Assembly: GCA_000182565.2 (NCBI GenBank)
Contig: KQ257455.1
Strand: one strand, 5' to 3'
Source of the DNA: Spizellomyces punctatus DAOM BR117
Lineage: Eukaryota
Length of the DNA: 64,000 nt
The translations under genes were made by a program, and so were the position numbers. Positions 32,466 through 44,184 of the stretch are shown here, in pieces (positions within the stretch are counted from its first letter, which is position 1; each line of letters starts with the position of its first letter). The notes under the pieces are model-generated. The model was not told the origin of the DNA and made no database searches. It saw nothing but the letters and a program-made list of their open reading frames with translations.

Positions 32466-35400
32466 GTTAGCTATCCAGTGCTGATGTCCGGGGTTGGAAA
32501 GGTACTGGCTAACTGATCCAACTGCTGCTGCTATGTCTGGTCTGGTGCCCAGCATTGCATAAATGAGACTTCCAGCAGCACTTCTGAAAGGAACCCCATT
32601 CATTTCTTGCTGTTCTGCCTCAGTTTGTGGTGACATGGCCTTGGTGAGCTTCTGGCCATTCTCGAGTGGTGTGGCAACTGGTTTGCTGTTACTCATATTG
32701 AATTTCTTCAATGTTTGACCGAGGTACCGCTGTTGGGAGAGCCAGATTGACCTGTTGGCTCTGTCCCTGACCACTTGGATGCCGAGAAAATGCTCTAACT
32801 GGCCCATATCAGCCATCTTGAACCGCTTCTTGAGTTCTTCTTTGAGTTTTAACAACTCCTGGTCATCCTTTGATGCCAGAATAAGGTCATCCACATACAG
32901 GATAAGGTGGATGCCCATCTTCTTGTTGATGTACAGCCCGTGGTCTGATTCACACCTTTCAAAGCCAAGTTCTTTGAGTTGCCCATCAATGACTTTGTTC
33001 CAGGCTCTTGGAGCTTGCTTTAACCCATACAAACTCTTCTTTAGCTTGCAGACAAGTCCATTTGCCGTGGTGAAGCCTTCTGGTTGGTCCATGTAGATGT
33101 CCTCCTCAATGGTCCCATTCAAGAATGCTGTCTTGACATCCATTTGGTGAATCTCCATGTCCTTCATGGCTGCTAGTGTCAGGACTGTCCTGATGGTTGC
33201 AAACTTGACTACTGGGGCAAATGTCTCCTTGTAGTCCAGTCCTTCAACTTGGGAGTATCCTTTGGCTACCAGTCTGGCCTTGTAGCGCTCTACAGAGCCA
33301 TCTGACTTGAGTTTCAGCTTGAAAACCCACTTGCAGCCAACTGTGGATCTTCCTGGTGGTAGTTTCACTAAGTCCCATGTCTGATTCTCCATCAGAGAGT
33401 CATATTCTGCTTTGACAGCCGCCTCCCACTGTTTGGCATCATGTCTGGTCCTAGCTTCAGCCAGAGTGCTGGGTTCTTCCTGTGGAACTTCCCCAATGGT
33501 GAAGGCAAAAGCCAAATTTGACTGAGTTGGCTTTGCAATCCACCACTCTCCCGGTGGTTTGTGAAATCTGGCACTCTTCCTGCTGAGTTCTGGCACTTCC
33601 TCAGCATCCTGGAAGTCGTCCCCATCATCTTCTGATGCTGAAGAGTTGTCTGGAGTGATGCTAGATGGTCTCTGAGTCTCTTGAACCATCCCTAGTTCTT
33701 CTTGGTCATCCAAGAACGAAGGCTCCCCTCCCAGAGGCATCTGTAGCTCTTGGTCTTGCTGTGGTACACTCTGCAGTCGCTGCTGAGTGCTCCACATCAC
33801 GTTTTCATCAAAGATGATGTCCCTTGACATGACAACTTGGTTCATTTCAGGTACCCACAATCTGTAGGCCTTACTCTGAGTGCTGTAGCCGACCATGACT
33901 GCCTTCTTGGCCTTCTCATCAAGTTTTGACCGCTTTTCCTTTGGAATATGAGTGTAGGCCATGCAGCCAAACACTCTGAGGTGCTGGAGATCTGGTTTAC
34001 CGCCTGTAAACTCTTGAAATGGTGTTGATTGGTTGCTGAGTGCTGCAGTGGGGCTCCTGTTCCTGAGATAGACCGCTGTCATGATTGCCTCACCCCAGAA
34101 CTTGTAGCTGAGTCCACTGTGGTGCAGCATGCACCTTCCCATTTCCACCAGCATCCTGTTCATCCTCTCAGCAACACCATTCTGCTCTGGTGTGTAGGGG
34201 GTGCTGAATTGCTGCTGAATTCCCTTCTGTTTGCAGAATTTCTTGAATTCTTCGCCCACATACTCTCCCCCATTGTCTGATCTGAGAGTTTTGATCTTCT
34301 GCCCCATGAAGTGTTCTGTTGTCCGCCAGATGGACTTGAATTGGTGACATCTCCATGTAATTGGTCATCCAATCCTTCCTGTGTGACATGTGCTGTGAAG
34401 CACCTGAGTCCACAATCCACCAGACTGCTCCCTGAGAAGTTTTGGTGTCATCTCCTGACTGAGCAAAGAATAGGAACTCATTCTGAGTTGCCTGACTGGT
34501 GCTGGCTTGATTGGCTTGTTGTTTGGTGTCCGCCAGAAACTTCCTGCAGTCCTTCTTGAAGTGACCCTTCTTGTTGCAATAGAAGCACTTCCCTGCTATC
34601 TTCTTGGTCCCACCATGCTTGCCAACCTTCTGCCCACCATCCCTGCTGAAAAAGGCCTTCCCTTTGCTATCTCCTTCACCCCCAGCTTCCTTCCTGCGTG
34701 TTTCTTCATGCAAAAGCCGTGATGTGAGGAATTCCAGTGTCAGAGAATCACTCCTGGCCTCCAAAGACACCACCAGCTGTTCATAACTCTCTGGTAGGCT
34801 GTAGAGTAGGGTGATGACTTGGTCTTCTTCACTGACTGGCGCCCCAATGGCCTCCAACTGCTGAGCCATTGTCCTGACCGTGTTTATATGTCCCAACATG
34901 CCCCCAGTGCCGTCTTCCATCTTCAGAGTGAGAAATTTCCTCCTTAGATAGAGCCTACTGGCAATTCCTTTCCTTTGGTGGATGTCACTGAGCTTTAACC
35001 AGGCCTCTTTTGCAGTTACAGCGGTCTGTACATGCATGACTTGGGCATCACTCAGTGACAGAGCAATTACAGCCATTGCCCGCTCATCCTCTCTCCTCCA
35101 ATCCTTCTCAGAGGTTCCCTCCATGCTCTGATCACCCTCAATCACACCCCACAGCCCCTTTTCCTTCAGCAACATCATCATTTTGAACTTCCAGAGGTGG
35201 TAGTTCATGCTGTTGAACTTTTCCATTGTGAGTTTGGTGTCCAAGTCCGTGTTTGACATGTCTGAGCTGATTTGGTGAGTGGATTTGCTGTTGGGGAAGA
35301 GGTGAAATCATCCTGGTGTGGTAGGTGGTCCAAATATCAGGTTGGGAAGAGGATAGGTCCATCAGGAAGATGGTGTGGCCATCACAAAAGAGATTTGAAG

Positions 35401-35951
35401 CAGGAAAAATATCAGTGATAGCTATCAGGGCTCATAACCTATTGAACTTAGCACTTGGAACACTGATTTCCTGTGTAGAAATCACTTCTGAAAGGCCTAG
35501 TAATGCCTGTGGCCGCTAGTAAGACTTCTGGGTGCAGTAACTTGTGGGATAACACGCTTGTATTAATCCAGAGATGTTCAAAAGCCCCCTTTATATAACC
35601 CAGTACATTCTCCAGCCTCCCTCCACCTTTGTTTACTGTTTACATGCTTCAGCCCACTTGTTTACATGCTCAGCCATGCTCAGCAGTGCTCAGCAGCTTC
35701 AGCCATGCCTTGGCAAACATTACCTGATGGTCTGGATCATCACAAACCTTCCAGACCTTCTAAGAGTGCTTACATGATGATTTACCCCTTTAAATCATTC
35801 CCACATGCGTCTGTGATCATTCTGATTACTCTAAGTCCAATTCCCCACGTTGTAACTTAGCCAGATCAGATGTGAACTGTCTAATGACATTTCAGCATGA
35901 TCTCACATGATTTATAGATCATACAGCGTGGTTTAAGCCTGAATCTCAACA
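32466..35951 (-). mobile_element. Copia-A2: 5' LTR (35440-35951), PBS, gag, internal deletion, then integrase-RT; 3' end lost
   Basis: Gag is nearly identical to 24109-25650 up to LADNRT, then jumps to (M)GQKIKTLRSDNGGEY. RT motifs QMDVKTAFLNG and LYVDD. Ends abruptly at PGHQHWIA against the Gypsy fragment. Confidence 0.9.
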
Positions 35952-36390
35952 CTGCTGCTGCTATGTCTGGTCTGGTGCCCAGCACTTCATAGGTGACACT
36001 TCCAACAGCACTTCTGAAATGGACCCCATTCATTTCTTGCTGTTCTGCCTCAGTTTGTGGTGACATCGCCTTGGTGAGCTTCTGGCTGTTCTCTTGTGGT
36101 GTGGCAACTGGTTTGCTGTTGCTCATATTGAACTTTTTCAATGTTTGACTGAGGTACCACTGTTGTGAGAGCCAGATTGACCTATTGACTCTGTCCCTGA
36201 CCACTTGAATGCTGAGAAAATGCTCTAACTGGCCCATATCAGCCATCTGGAACTGCTTCTTGAGTTCTTCTTTGAGTTTTAACAACTCCTGGTCATCCTT
36301 TGAGGCCAGAATAAGGTCGTCCACATACAGGATAAGGTGGATACCCATCTTCTTGTTGATGTACAGCCCGTGGTCTGATTCACACCTCTC
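35952..36390 (-). mobile_element. Third Copia-A RT fragment bounded by two LTRs
   Basis: Diverged copy of ~32523-32960 (GIHLILYVDD...GTRPDIAAAV). Confidence 0.88.
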
Positions 36391-37007
36391 TGTTGAAAAT
36401 CAAGCTTGAAATCCTGGTGCTGTTCACACCAGTGAATTAGGGTTAGGGTTAGGGTTAGAACAGCGGGGACATTTGGGACAACTGGAAAGACTGGAACTTG
36501 GTAGCTTACTAAAGTTGTAGATATTGGTAAGCAGATTACCAAGAGTTGTGGATATATTAGTAAGGAATTGTTTCAGGGTAGTCATCAGGAGAAGTGGATC
36601 AGGTCCTGAGGTCAGTGTCCTGAAACAGGGGTTGGACTGGGTCCTAGATCAGGGAACCAGGCCAGGGAACTAGGATCAGGTAACTGGATCAGAGAACTAG
36701 GATCAGGAACTAGATCAGAGAACTAGGATCAGGAACCAAGATCAGGTATCCATATCGGGGATCTGGATGTGGGAACCAGTGAAGGGAACTGAACTGGTCT
36801 CTAGGTCAGGGAACTGTAGTTAGGGGCACCATTATGAAGTAAAATAGTTACAAAAGAAGTATGTATCAGTGCCCCCACAATGAGAATGAAGTGTTAGTGC
36901 AAAATCACCCAACACCCCATAGTTAGCACCTTGCTTGCCCAGTTTATTCCTGGCATCAGAACTCTTTTTTTGTTGTTTGAAGCAGTTTCCTAGCACAGTT
37001 TTCAATA
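36391..37007. repeat. Probable solo LTR (family D) with TTAGGG repeats and a 13-14 bp minisatellite
   Basis: Inverted termini TGTTGAAAA...TTTTCAATA; (TTAGGG)3TTAG at 36437-36458; GAACTAGGATCAG-like units at ~36635-36745; no TSD seen. Confidence 0.55.
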
Positions 37008-37111
37008 TAACCTGATAAGGAAGTGGACCCTGGAAACTATTTAAAAATGGTTTCTACATATCTGGAAAAAATGCTTTTATCAAAGAATATAGCATTTCTT
37101 ATCTGTGGAGG

Positions 37112-38749
37112 CATTTCAGTCTGGCTGCATCATTGTGAGGACTTTGGAGCATGAAAGAAACATCATCATTCCTTCATAGTTTGGGCATGATAATATAATA
37201 TAATATAATATTATAGTAATATATTCTAGGTCTCGGTTATAATATAGTATAATCTATATATATAGTATACAATTAATTGTTAATTAATTGTCAGTACCTT
37301 TAGCTTAGTAAAGTTCAGTATAATGTCCACCCAAAAGAAAAAGTACCTTATATTTTAAGGTTTTTGAAGTTACTGTTATATTACTGTAATGGTTCTAGAT
37401 AGGTGGTGGCTCCAATCTCCTATAATTTGGCTTCTGGCCCAACTTAGATCACATAGCACACCTGGTGTGAAATGAGCATCAAGGGATGTGGTCCCGTGGC
37501 AAAGGTCACATGACGCTTCAGGGATGATCTGCTCTGCTTGCTACATTACTCTATGTTTAGTTCAGATCATCAACACTTTCAGGTCCAAGCTACGTTTATA
37601 GAGTTGCCTTTCTGGCCTAGAATAACTGCCGATCCAAGCAGCGGAATTTGACTTGCTACAAAAGATATAAAAAATTGCAAAGTGGCATTCATGATATTAT
37701 CTGATTCGAACATGGTGCTCCGTTGACTGGTGGCCATTGGTTCCATAATTCCTTGAAGTCAAATCTTGAGGTGACAGCTCGACAGACTTTTGGACTAGTT
37801 TAGCGCAACTCCTTCATCTTGTTGCATGTATGCAAGAGGGTAGGAGACAAGGAACATTCAGGGGGTTTCCGTACGTCAATNNNNNNNNNNNNNNNNNNNN
37901 NNNNNNNNNNNNNNNNNNNNNNNNNNNNNNNNNNNNNNNNNNNNNNNNNNNNNNNNNNNNNNNNNNNNNNNNNNNNNNNNCATTTCAGTCTGGCTGCATC
38001 ATTGTGAGGACTTTGGAGCATGAAAGAAACATCATCATTCCTTCATAGTTTGGGCATGATAATATAATATAATATAATATTATAGTAATATATTCTAGGT
38101 CTCGGTTATAATATAGTATAATCTATATATATAGTATACAATTAATTGTTAATTAATTGTCAGTACCTTTAGCTTAGTAAAGTTCAGTATAATGTCCACC
38201 CAAAAGAAAAAGTACCTTATATTTTAAGGTTTTTGAAGTTACTGTTATATTACTGTAATGGTTCTAGATAGGTGGTGGCTCCAATCTCCTATAATTTGGC
38301 TTCTGGCCCAACTTAGATCACATAGCACACCTGGTGTGAAATGAGCATCAAGGGATGTGGTCCCGTGGCAAAGGTCACATGACGCTTCAGGGATGATCTG
38401 CTCTGCTTGCTACATTACTCTATGTTTAGTTCAGATCATCAACACTTTCAGGTCCAAGCTACGTTTATAGAGTTGCCTTTCTGGCCTAGAATAACTGCCG
38501 ATCCAAGCAGCGGAATTTGACTTGCTACAAAAGATATAAAAAATTGCAAAGTGGCATTCATGATATTATCTGATTCGAACATGGTGCTCCGTTGACTGGT
38601 GGCCATTGGTTCCATAATTCCTTGAAGTCAAATCTTGAGGTGACAGCTCGACAGACTTTTGGACTAGTTTAGCGCAACTCCTTCATCTTGTTGCATGTAT
38701 GCAAGAGGGTAGGAGACAAGGAACATTCAGGGGGTTTCCGTACGTCAAT
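37112..38749. repeat. 769-bp duplication on both sides of an N gap (37112-37880 and 37981-38749), probably assembly overlap
   Basis: The copies appear identical and terminate exactly at the gap edges. Confidence 0.85.
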
Positions 38750-39081
38750 GTCGGAGGGCTCGTGCACGCCATCTTGGTTGGGGCAATGTTCAAGTGACCT
38801 GTGACAGTGCACCCGATAACAATCGGTACGGGCAGACATCATAGAGGTAATCATGTAGCGGAAAGATGTCCATATGCTATCCATAGACGGCCAGCCGCAT
38901 TTACAGTCTTAGAGCGGTAGTGGTGGTCATTTGCGCATTGGTCAAACGGAAAAACGCTGCGAAATCAAACTCAAAAACCGTGATCGGTGGATGATTGGAT
39001 AAGCTAGCGGACACGTGTGCCCCAATCCAGTTCCGAACGTTCTCATGAACGACATTCATTTTCCTCGAACCCCATCCAACC

Positions 39082-40047
39082 ATGGTAGATCTCTCCCCAG
39101 ACCTCTGGCTCCACATTCTCTCCTACCTCCCACTAAAAGCCCTCCCCCGCCTCCTAGTCCTCTCAAAATCCTTTTCCGAACTCTTCCACCCGTCGCTCTT
39201 TTACGCCCTTAAACGGTCCGGCTCACACATCAAAATCGTCTCCAGCGACACAACACTCTTGTTACGCCCTTTTGCATTTTCCATTGCTGATAATGTCATC
39301 TCCTTCATACCCGCACGTCAGTACCGCCTTCACTCGCCGATCAAGGTCGTCCTAGAGGGATGGGAAACGGACGGCGAGGAAAAGGAGACAGGAGGAGACG
39401 ATAGGGTGTTAGCTCTGGAAATGTTTCATGTGGCCTATCGAGAAGAATTGGAAAGAATTTATTATCTGGAGGGGGAAGAATGTGTGGGTGAAGTGGATAT
39501 GGTTGTGCTGTATGACAGGGATGAGGAAGGAGTCGTGGTGCGGGAAGTGCGTGTTACACCAGGATGGATTTACATGGGATTGGGTGGACGCAAAACCCAG
39601 GTGCAGAGATCCATTCATCCAAACAGGATGAAAGCGCTCGTGGAAGTAGCGCACCAGAAAGGGCTAACGTCCTTTAATGTCCGTGCCGAGCCCGTGTTAC
39701 GGTATCTCGTCTCTGGCATGTCCCTCTCCAAAGCCGTTAGTACACTTGTGGAAGGCAATGGTCTCTGGGACAGGCGCAGTAAACTCGAACAGGCTTGCAA
39801 GGGCCGCGGGATAGATGCGAGCATATTATGGAAATATGGCCTCGCCAAACGGTTCATGGCTAAAAAGACTCGACTAGATGAAGGGGAGTTGGAGGAGACA
39901 ATTCGGAAAATGGTTGCGGTTGAAAAGTCTTTTAATGTCATGTTCTCTAGGGAGGCGGATGGGGAGGTGGAAAGGAAGGAAAGCAGAAGTAGATGGTGGT
40001 GGCCGTTTCGTGCAGGACCACCGACATTTGGAGGCGGCAGTTCATAG
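39082..40047 (+). CDS. F-box domain protein
   Basis: N-terminal LSPDLWLHILSYLPLKALPRLLVLSKSF matches the F-box pattern; 321 aa intronless. Confidence 0.75.
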   Translation: MVDLSPDLWLHILSYLPLKALPRLLVLSKSFSELFHPSLFYALKRSGSHIKIVSSDTTLLLRPFAFSIADNVISFIPARQYRLHSPIKVVLEGWETDGEEKETGGDDRVLALEMFHVAYREELERIYYLEGEECVGEVDMVVLYDRDEEGVVVREVRVTPGWIYMGLGGRKTQVQRSIHPNRMKALVEVAHQKGLTSFNVRAEPVLRYLVSGMSLSKAVSTLVEGNGLWDRRSKLEQACKGRGIDASILWKYGLAKRFMAKKTRLDEGELEETIRKMVAVEKSFNVMFSREADGEVERKESRSRWWWPFRAGPPTFGGGSS

Positions 40048-40178
40048 AGATCATTCTATTTTTGTAATCAAATATGACGTGCCTGTAGTCCAAGGCATCC
40101 ATTTGCTTTGGATACGACTACACAAAAGACTGATCCAGCGTAGATTATAAAATGCTTCATGTATTATGTATAAAGACT

Positions 40179-41540
40179 CTACAATTTTGCCTGCGGACGG
40201 AAATCCTTCATGACGGCATCGAGTTCTACAAACGAGACTTGCATGAGTACATTGGCAATACGCGATGCAACATTAGGACTCACTGGTAGCAAGCATCATG
40301 TTGCCCTTGATCTTGAGCTTGCCTTGCATGAACGCCTTTTGCCCTGCACAAACATCAAACGTGAGCAATGGCGCCAACAGCATAGTAACACGGGAAGTGA
40401 GAAGACTACGCACCATTCAACTTTCCTTGCGACAAGTCAACAAAGTCCTAGAAACGTGCATCTTTAGCCATTGCTCGATAGCATGTACATGCGACCCAAA
40501 GGTCAACGGACCTTGTCAGCAATGGAAATGGTAATGTCTGGCTTGGCGCCGGTAGTGCCAGTAGCCACACCGAGGTTGTCCTTCAAGTTGAGAGTCCAGG
40601 TCTGGACCTTACCCTCAGAGTTCTATATATGATCGACCTTCTTAGTAGCTTCTCATGACGGGTCAACAACAAAGGGGGACCTACCTTGACATCAAACTGG
40701 AAGACAGCCTTGGCCTTTTTGGCAACAGCCTCCCGTTGTTGTTGAGGAGCAGCGTCAATGCCGGCCTATTGAAAATGTTAGCACTTGCCACTCTGCCTAT
40801 CTTTAATGAACCAAAGGTACCTTGATTTGGGAGAAGATGGCCGACGACTGGAAGCCAGGAACCTCCACACCAGCGGCGGGAGGGGCGGCGGTAGCAGGGG
40901 CAGCAGCAGCTGCTGCGGGCTTGGGTGCGTTCTTTGCAGCCTTCAAGACAGTGTCTGTATGGTGTCATCACAGAGTACGACTTCCCAAAGCGCGAATCAG
41001 TTGTATGAATACCTAGTCGGGTGGCAAGCATCATCTACGAAGGAGACCTCTCAGCTTATTATTCAAAAAATAAAACATCAAAGCAAGCGAGATACATACG
41101 TTCCCCTTGACCTTCAACTTGCCAGACATGAACGCCTTTTGGCCTATCCAACGCTCAGAAATCAAATCTCAACCCGGATCCGACAACAACACGAATACAT
41201 ACCGTTCAATTTCCCACTGGCAAGGTCTTGGAAGGTGTCGTCGCTGACATTGATAACAATATCGGGTTTGCCTTCTGCTTTTCCAGCAGTGACCTTGCCT
41301 TGGTTCTTGAGCTCCAAAGTCCAGCTTTGTTCCTTGCCCTCGGCGTTCTTGACCACGAGTTCAAAGACACCGTTAACCTGCGTAGATCAAGTGAGTCTTT
41401 TTTGTCGGCACCAAAATATACCTCCATTGACAAACCTGCTTGAGTGTCTTTTTCTTTTCTGCCTCGGGGAGTCCCTCGATGCCCGCCCTGATTTGCTCAA
41501 AGACAGGGCCAGATTTGAAGCCAGGAACGTTGACAGACAT
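40179..41540 (-). CDS. Peroxisomal sterol-carrier (SCP2/POX18-like) protein with two SCP2 domains, multi-exon
   Basis: Two repeats of FxS...WTLxLK...KPDIxIxxxD..F..LAxGKLNG/QKAFMxGKLKxKGNMMLATxL joined by an Ala/Pro linker; C-terminal PTS1 AKL*. Confidence 0.85.
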
Positions 41541-41757
41541 GGTATAAAAGGTCAAGGAAAATGAAAGAAGATGGGGGCTGTACAAGGATGGTAGCTGTCC
41601 TTTTTATCTACAACCTAGATCCCCATCAAAAAGCCCAACCCACCACATGTGACTCGATCGACATGTGAGAGATTAAAATTTAGCAGTGTGACATCTGCGC
41701 ACTTTTGGAATTTCGCGTTCAAAAAGAGCAACTGCCAAGAACTTGTAAAGAAGAGAA

Positions 41758-42757
41758 ATGACGCAGGCAAAGAATGCTCAAAACGACGAGCAAGAGCAGG
41801 GCGACTGGCTCTCCACCTTGTTTGCAAATGGCGACAAAACACGTCCAGCTGCTACCGGCGACACGAGAGCATTTCACACCTCCCATCATGCCCTCCTCGG
41901 CGGCACACTGGCGGCCGTCGCGGTCGCTATCCTGGTCCATCCCCGTTCCTGGCGCCGGTACAAAACAGCAGACTACATGACCCCGCCTGTTATTCAGTCC
42001 AGGCGCAAACTGTACGGTATTTGTACCGACGTCAAGGATAATGACAACTTTCGGTTGTACCATACGCCGCTGGTGTATAGGGCTCTGGGGAAAAAAGTGC
42101 CGACAACACGAAAAGGTGCTTGTAGAGTTGTGACGCAGCTGTATAGACAGCAGTGCACTCATATAATGTTCATGTTGTCGTTTGCTGAATGTTGATCAGA
42201 GCTCCAAAACGAGACGATCCATGTGCGGTTAGCGGGGATTGACGCTCCAGAAGGTGCTCACTTTGGCATGACGGCACAGCCATTTCATGTCGAGTCCAAA
42301 GAGTGGTTATCAACACGGCTCAAAGGTCAGCGGGTGGTCATCAAGCCTTTGAGAAGAGATCACTATGGCCGAATGGTACGCGCGATCATATAAATGATTA
42401 TGAAATCTAGCAATTCAAAAAAAAGTTTTGGAAAGGTGTGCATGGCGTGGACCTACCGTCCATTCTGGCCTTTTCTGCGCAACGTTTCCTTGGACATGCT
42501 CCAAGCTGGTTATGCGACGCTCTACGAGCAAGCTGGGGCAGAATACGATGGCATGCTGCTCAAATTTCAAAAAGCTGAAATGAAGGCACGGTATGTTGTC
42601 CATTAGCCCTACGCCGTGTTCACTATTGCACAAGGCTCATGGGTGGCATTATCGGTATTTCATTTTGGCCTAAAAAAGAGCGTCAAAAAAGGGAATGTGG
42701 GGATCGAGCGAGCCCTTTGTCTCTCCTGCGCAACATAAAAAGACTCGATCACGATAA
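41758..42757 (+). CDS. LCL3: LCL3-like staphylococcal-nuclease-domain endonuclease, multi-exon
   Basis: N-terminal TM segment; VKDNDNFRLYHTP, TIHVRLAGIDAPEGAHFG, RRDHYGRMV, NVSLDMLQAGYATLYE, KKGMW...SPAQHK. Confidence 0.88.
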
Positions 42758-44184
42758 CAATGGTGGGCGACGAGCGAGCGTCAGTCCTACCGGGGCGCTT
42801 TCATTGTCCTTCTTGTTTAACGTTTGCCAACGTTACTTGAACGTCATTGCCCTTTTGACGAGGGGGTGGGAAGATCCTGACATGCGTGGGAAGATTCTGA
42901 CGGGCGTGGGAACGCGCGTGTTTCCATGCCCCTTTGGCAGAGGAACCCTTCCGTGCCTGGCCCCCCCGTTGAGAGATCTGAGATACGCTTCTTTGAAGCC
43001 ATCTTACAAGTAGAATATGGTCGTTGCCTCTGTTCAAGAACTGGACAAGATCGTTGTCGAATGCACACAAGACCAACAGATCCCAAACTGCGGCTCTATA
43101 GCTCTACGGGGATGATAAAACACGTTGCGTCTGCCTGTCTGCCTAGTGGTCTTTTTTTGCGTGCTTGTATCTTGGCTAATCAAAATATTGGATTATGCAA
43201 AAAGGGACCCTGGTCATGCGAACGAATAGCGTTTGGCGAATAAAGCCCATCTGGGGCTCGTGGTATCCCGGCTGTTTTTCGCCGCGGATTTCCTGCATGA
43301 TCCCTTCGTGACGTTTTCATTCATTGAAAAACCATGGTGGGAAAAAACATTGTTCGCGCACGTTTGGCATGGAGAACGTCATTCCGTCCCTTTTTCTTTG
43401 GCCCTAACTTTGGTTCCATTGCTTTTGGAGAGCGTTCTGCTCACGGAAAGCAGACAAGAATAAGATACAACGCTGGGTTTTCAACCGAGGGGAATCGAGG
43501 GTAGATCTGTGGACATCCGACGATTCTCCAACGCATCTCGCAAACTACCAAGGCTGGGATCTACTCTTCCTCTTCCTTATTCTGCTGATGCTAATGCTGC
43601 TGCGGCTGCTAATGCTGATGCTGACCAAACAGCGTCATCCTCCTCAACCTTTCCTGGATGACCAAAACAAACCCTAGCTGCCAAGGTAAAGCCATTCAAG
43701 GCGTTCCCCGACTCCAACAATGTTTTGCGCATTGAAAAGAGTACCTGATTTCGTATTCATCATCGTGACATGTAACAAAAAAAACCAAAAAAAAAACAAA
43801 ACAAAAAAACAATAAGATGAAAGAAAGCCCGTGGGAAACAATTAGACGGTCGCGTTCCCCTCCACTAGCTAATAATGACCATTTATGGAATATGCATGTG
43901 AATTGGAGATGCCCCCCCGGCTTGCATTCTCGCACTTATAAAAAGGAGAGACTTTCTTCCCCCCCGCTCCTCGCCCTCCACCATCTTTACACTGCAGTGT
44001 ACTTGTCATCTCCATTCCTTGTGGCGCACCATTCCTACTTTCTTTTCACTCTAGCTCCTTTCGTCTTTCTTCTCTCTTACAGTTCTTCCTCCTCGCTCTC
44101 TTCCCACACTCGCACCTCATTCCACACTTTTTCCCACCCTTTACTCAACCTTTCAACACCACGTTATCCAACTCCTTTTTAACA

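Noticed and set aside
36437-36458. Chromosome end or telomere fusion scar
   Set aside because: Only about 3.7 units, embedded in an LTR-like unit with genes continuing beyond.
36635-36745. CRISPR-like short repeat array
   Set aside because: Degenerate head-to-tail 13-14 bp units without unique spacers, eukaryotic context, no cas genes.
37112-38749. Apparent 769-bp direct repeat or LTR pair
   Set aside because: Identical copies bounded exactly by an N gap, with no TG..CA ends, PBS or PPT; assembly overlap.
42860-43000. GC-rich stretch that might be a structured ncRNA (SRP or TPP riboswitch-like)
   Set aside because: Diagnostic conserved motifs are incomplete; would need an Rfam/Infernal search.
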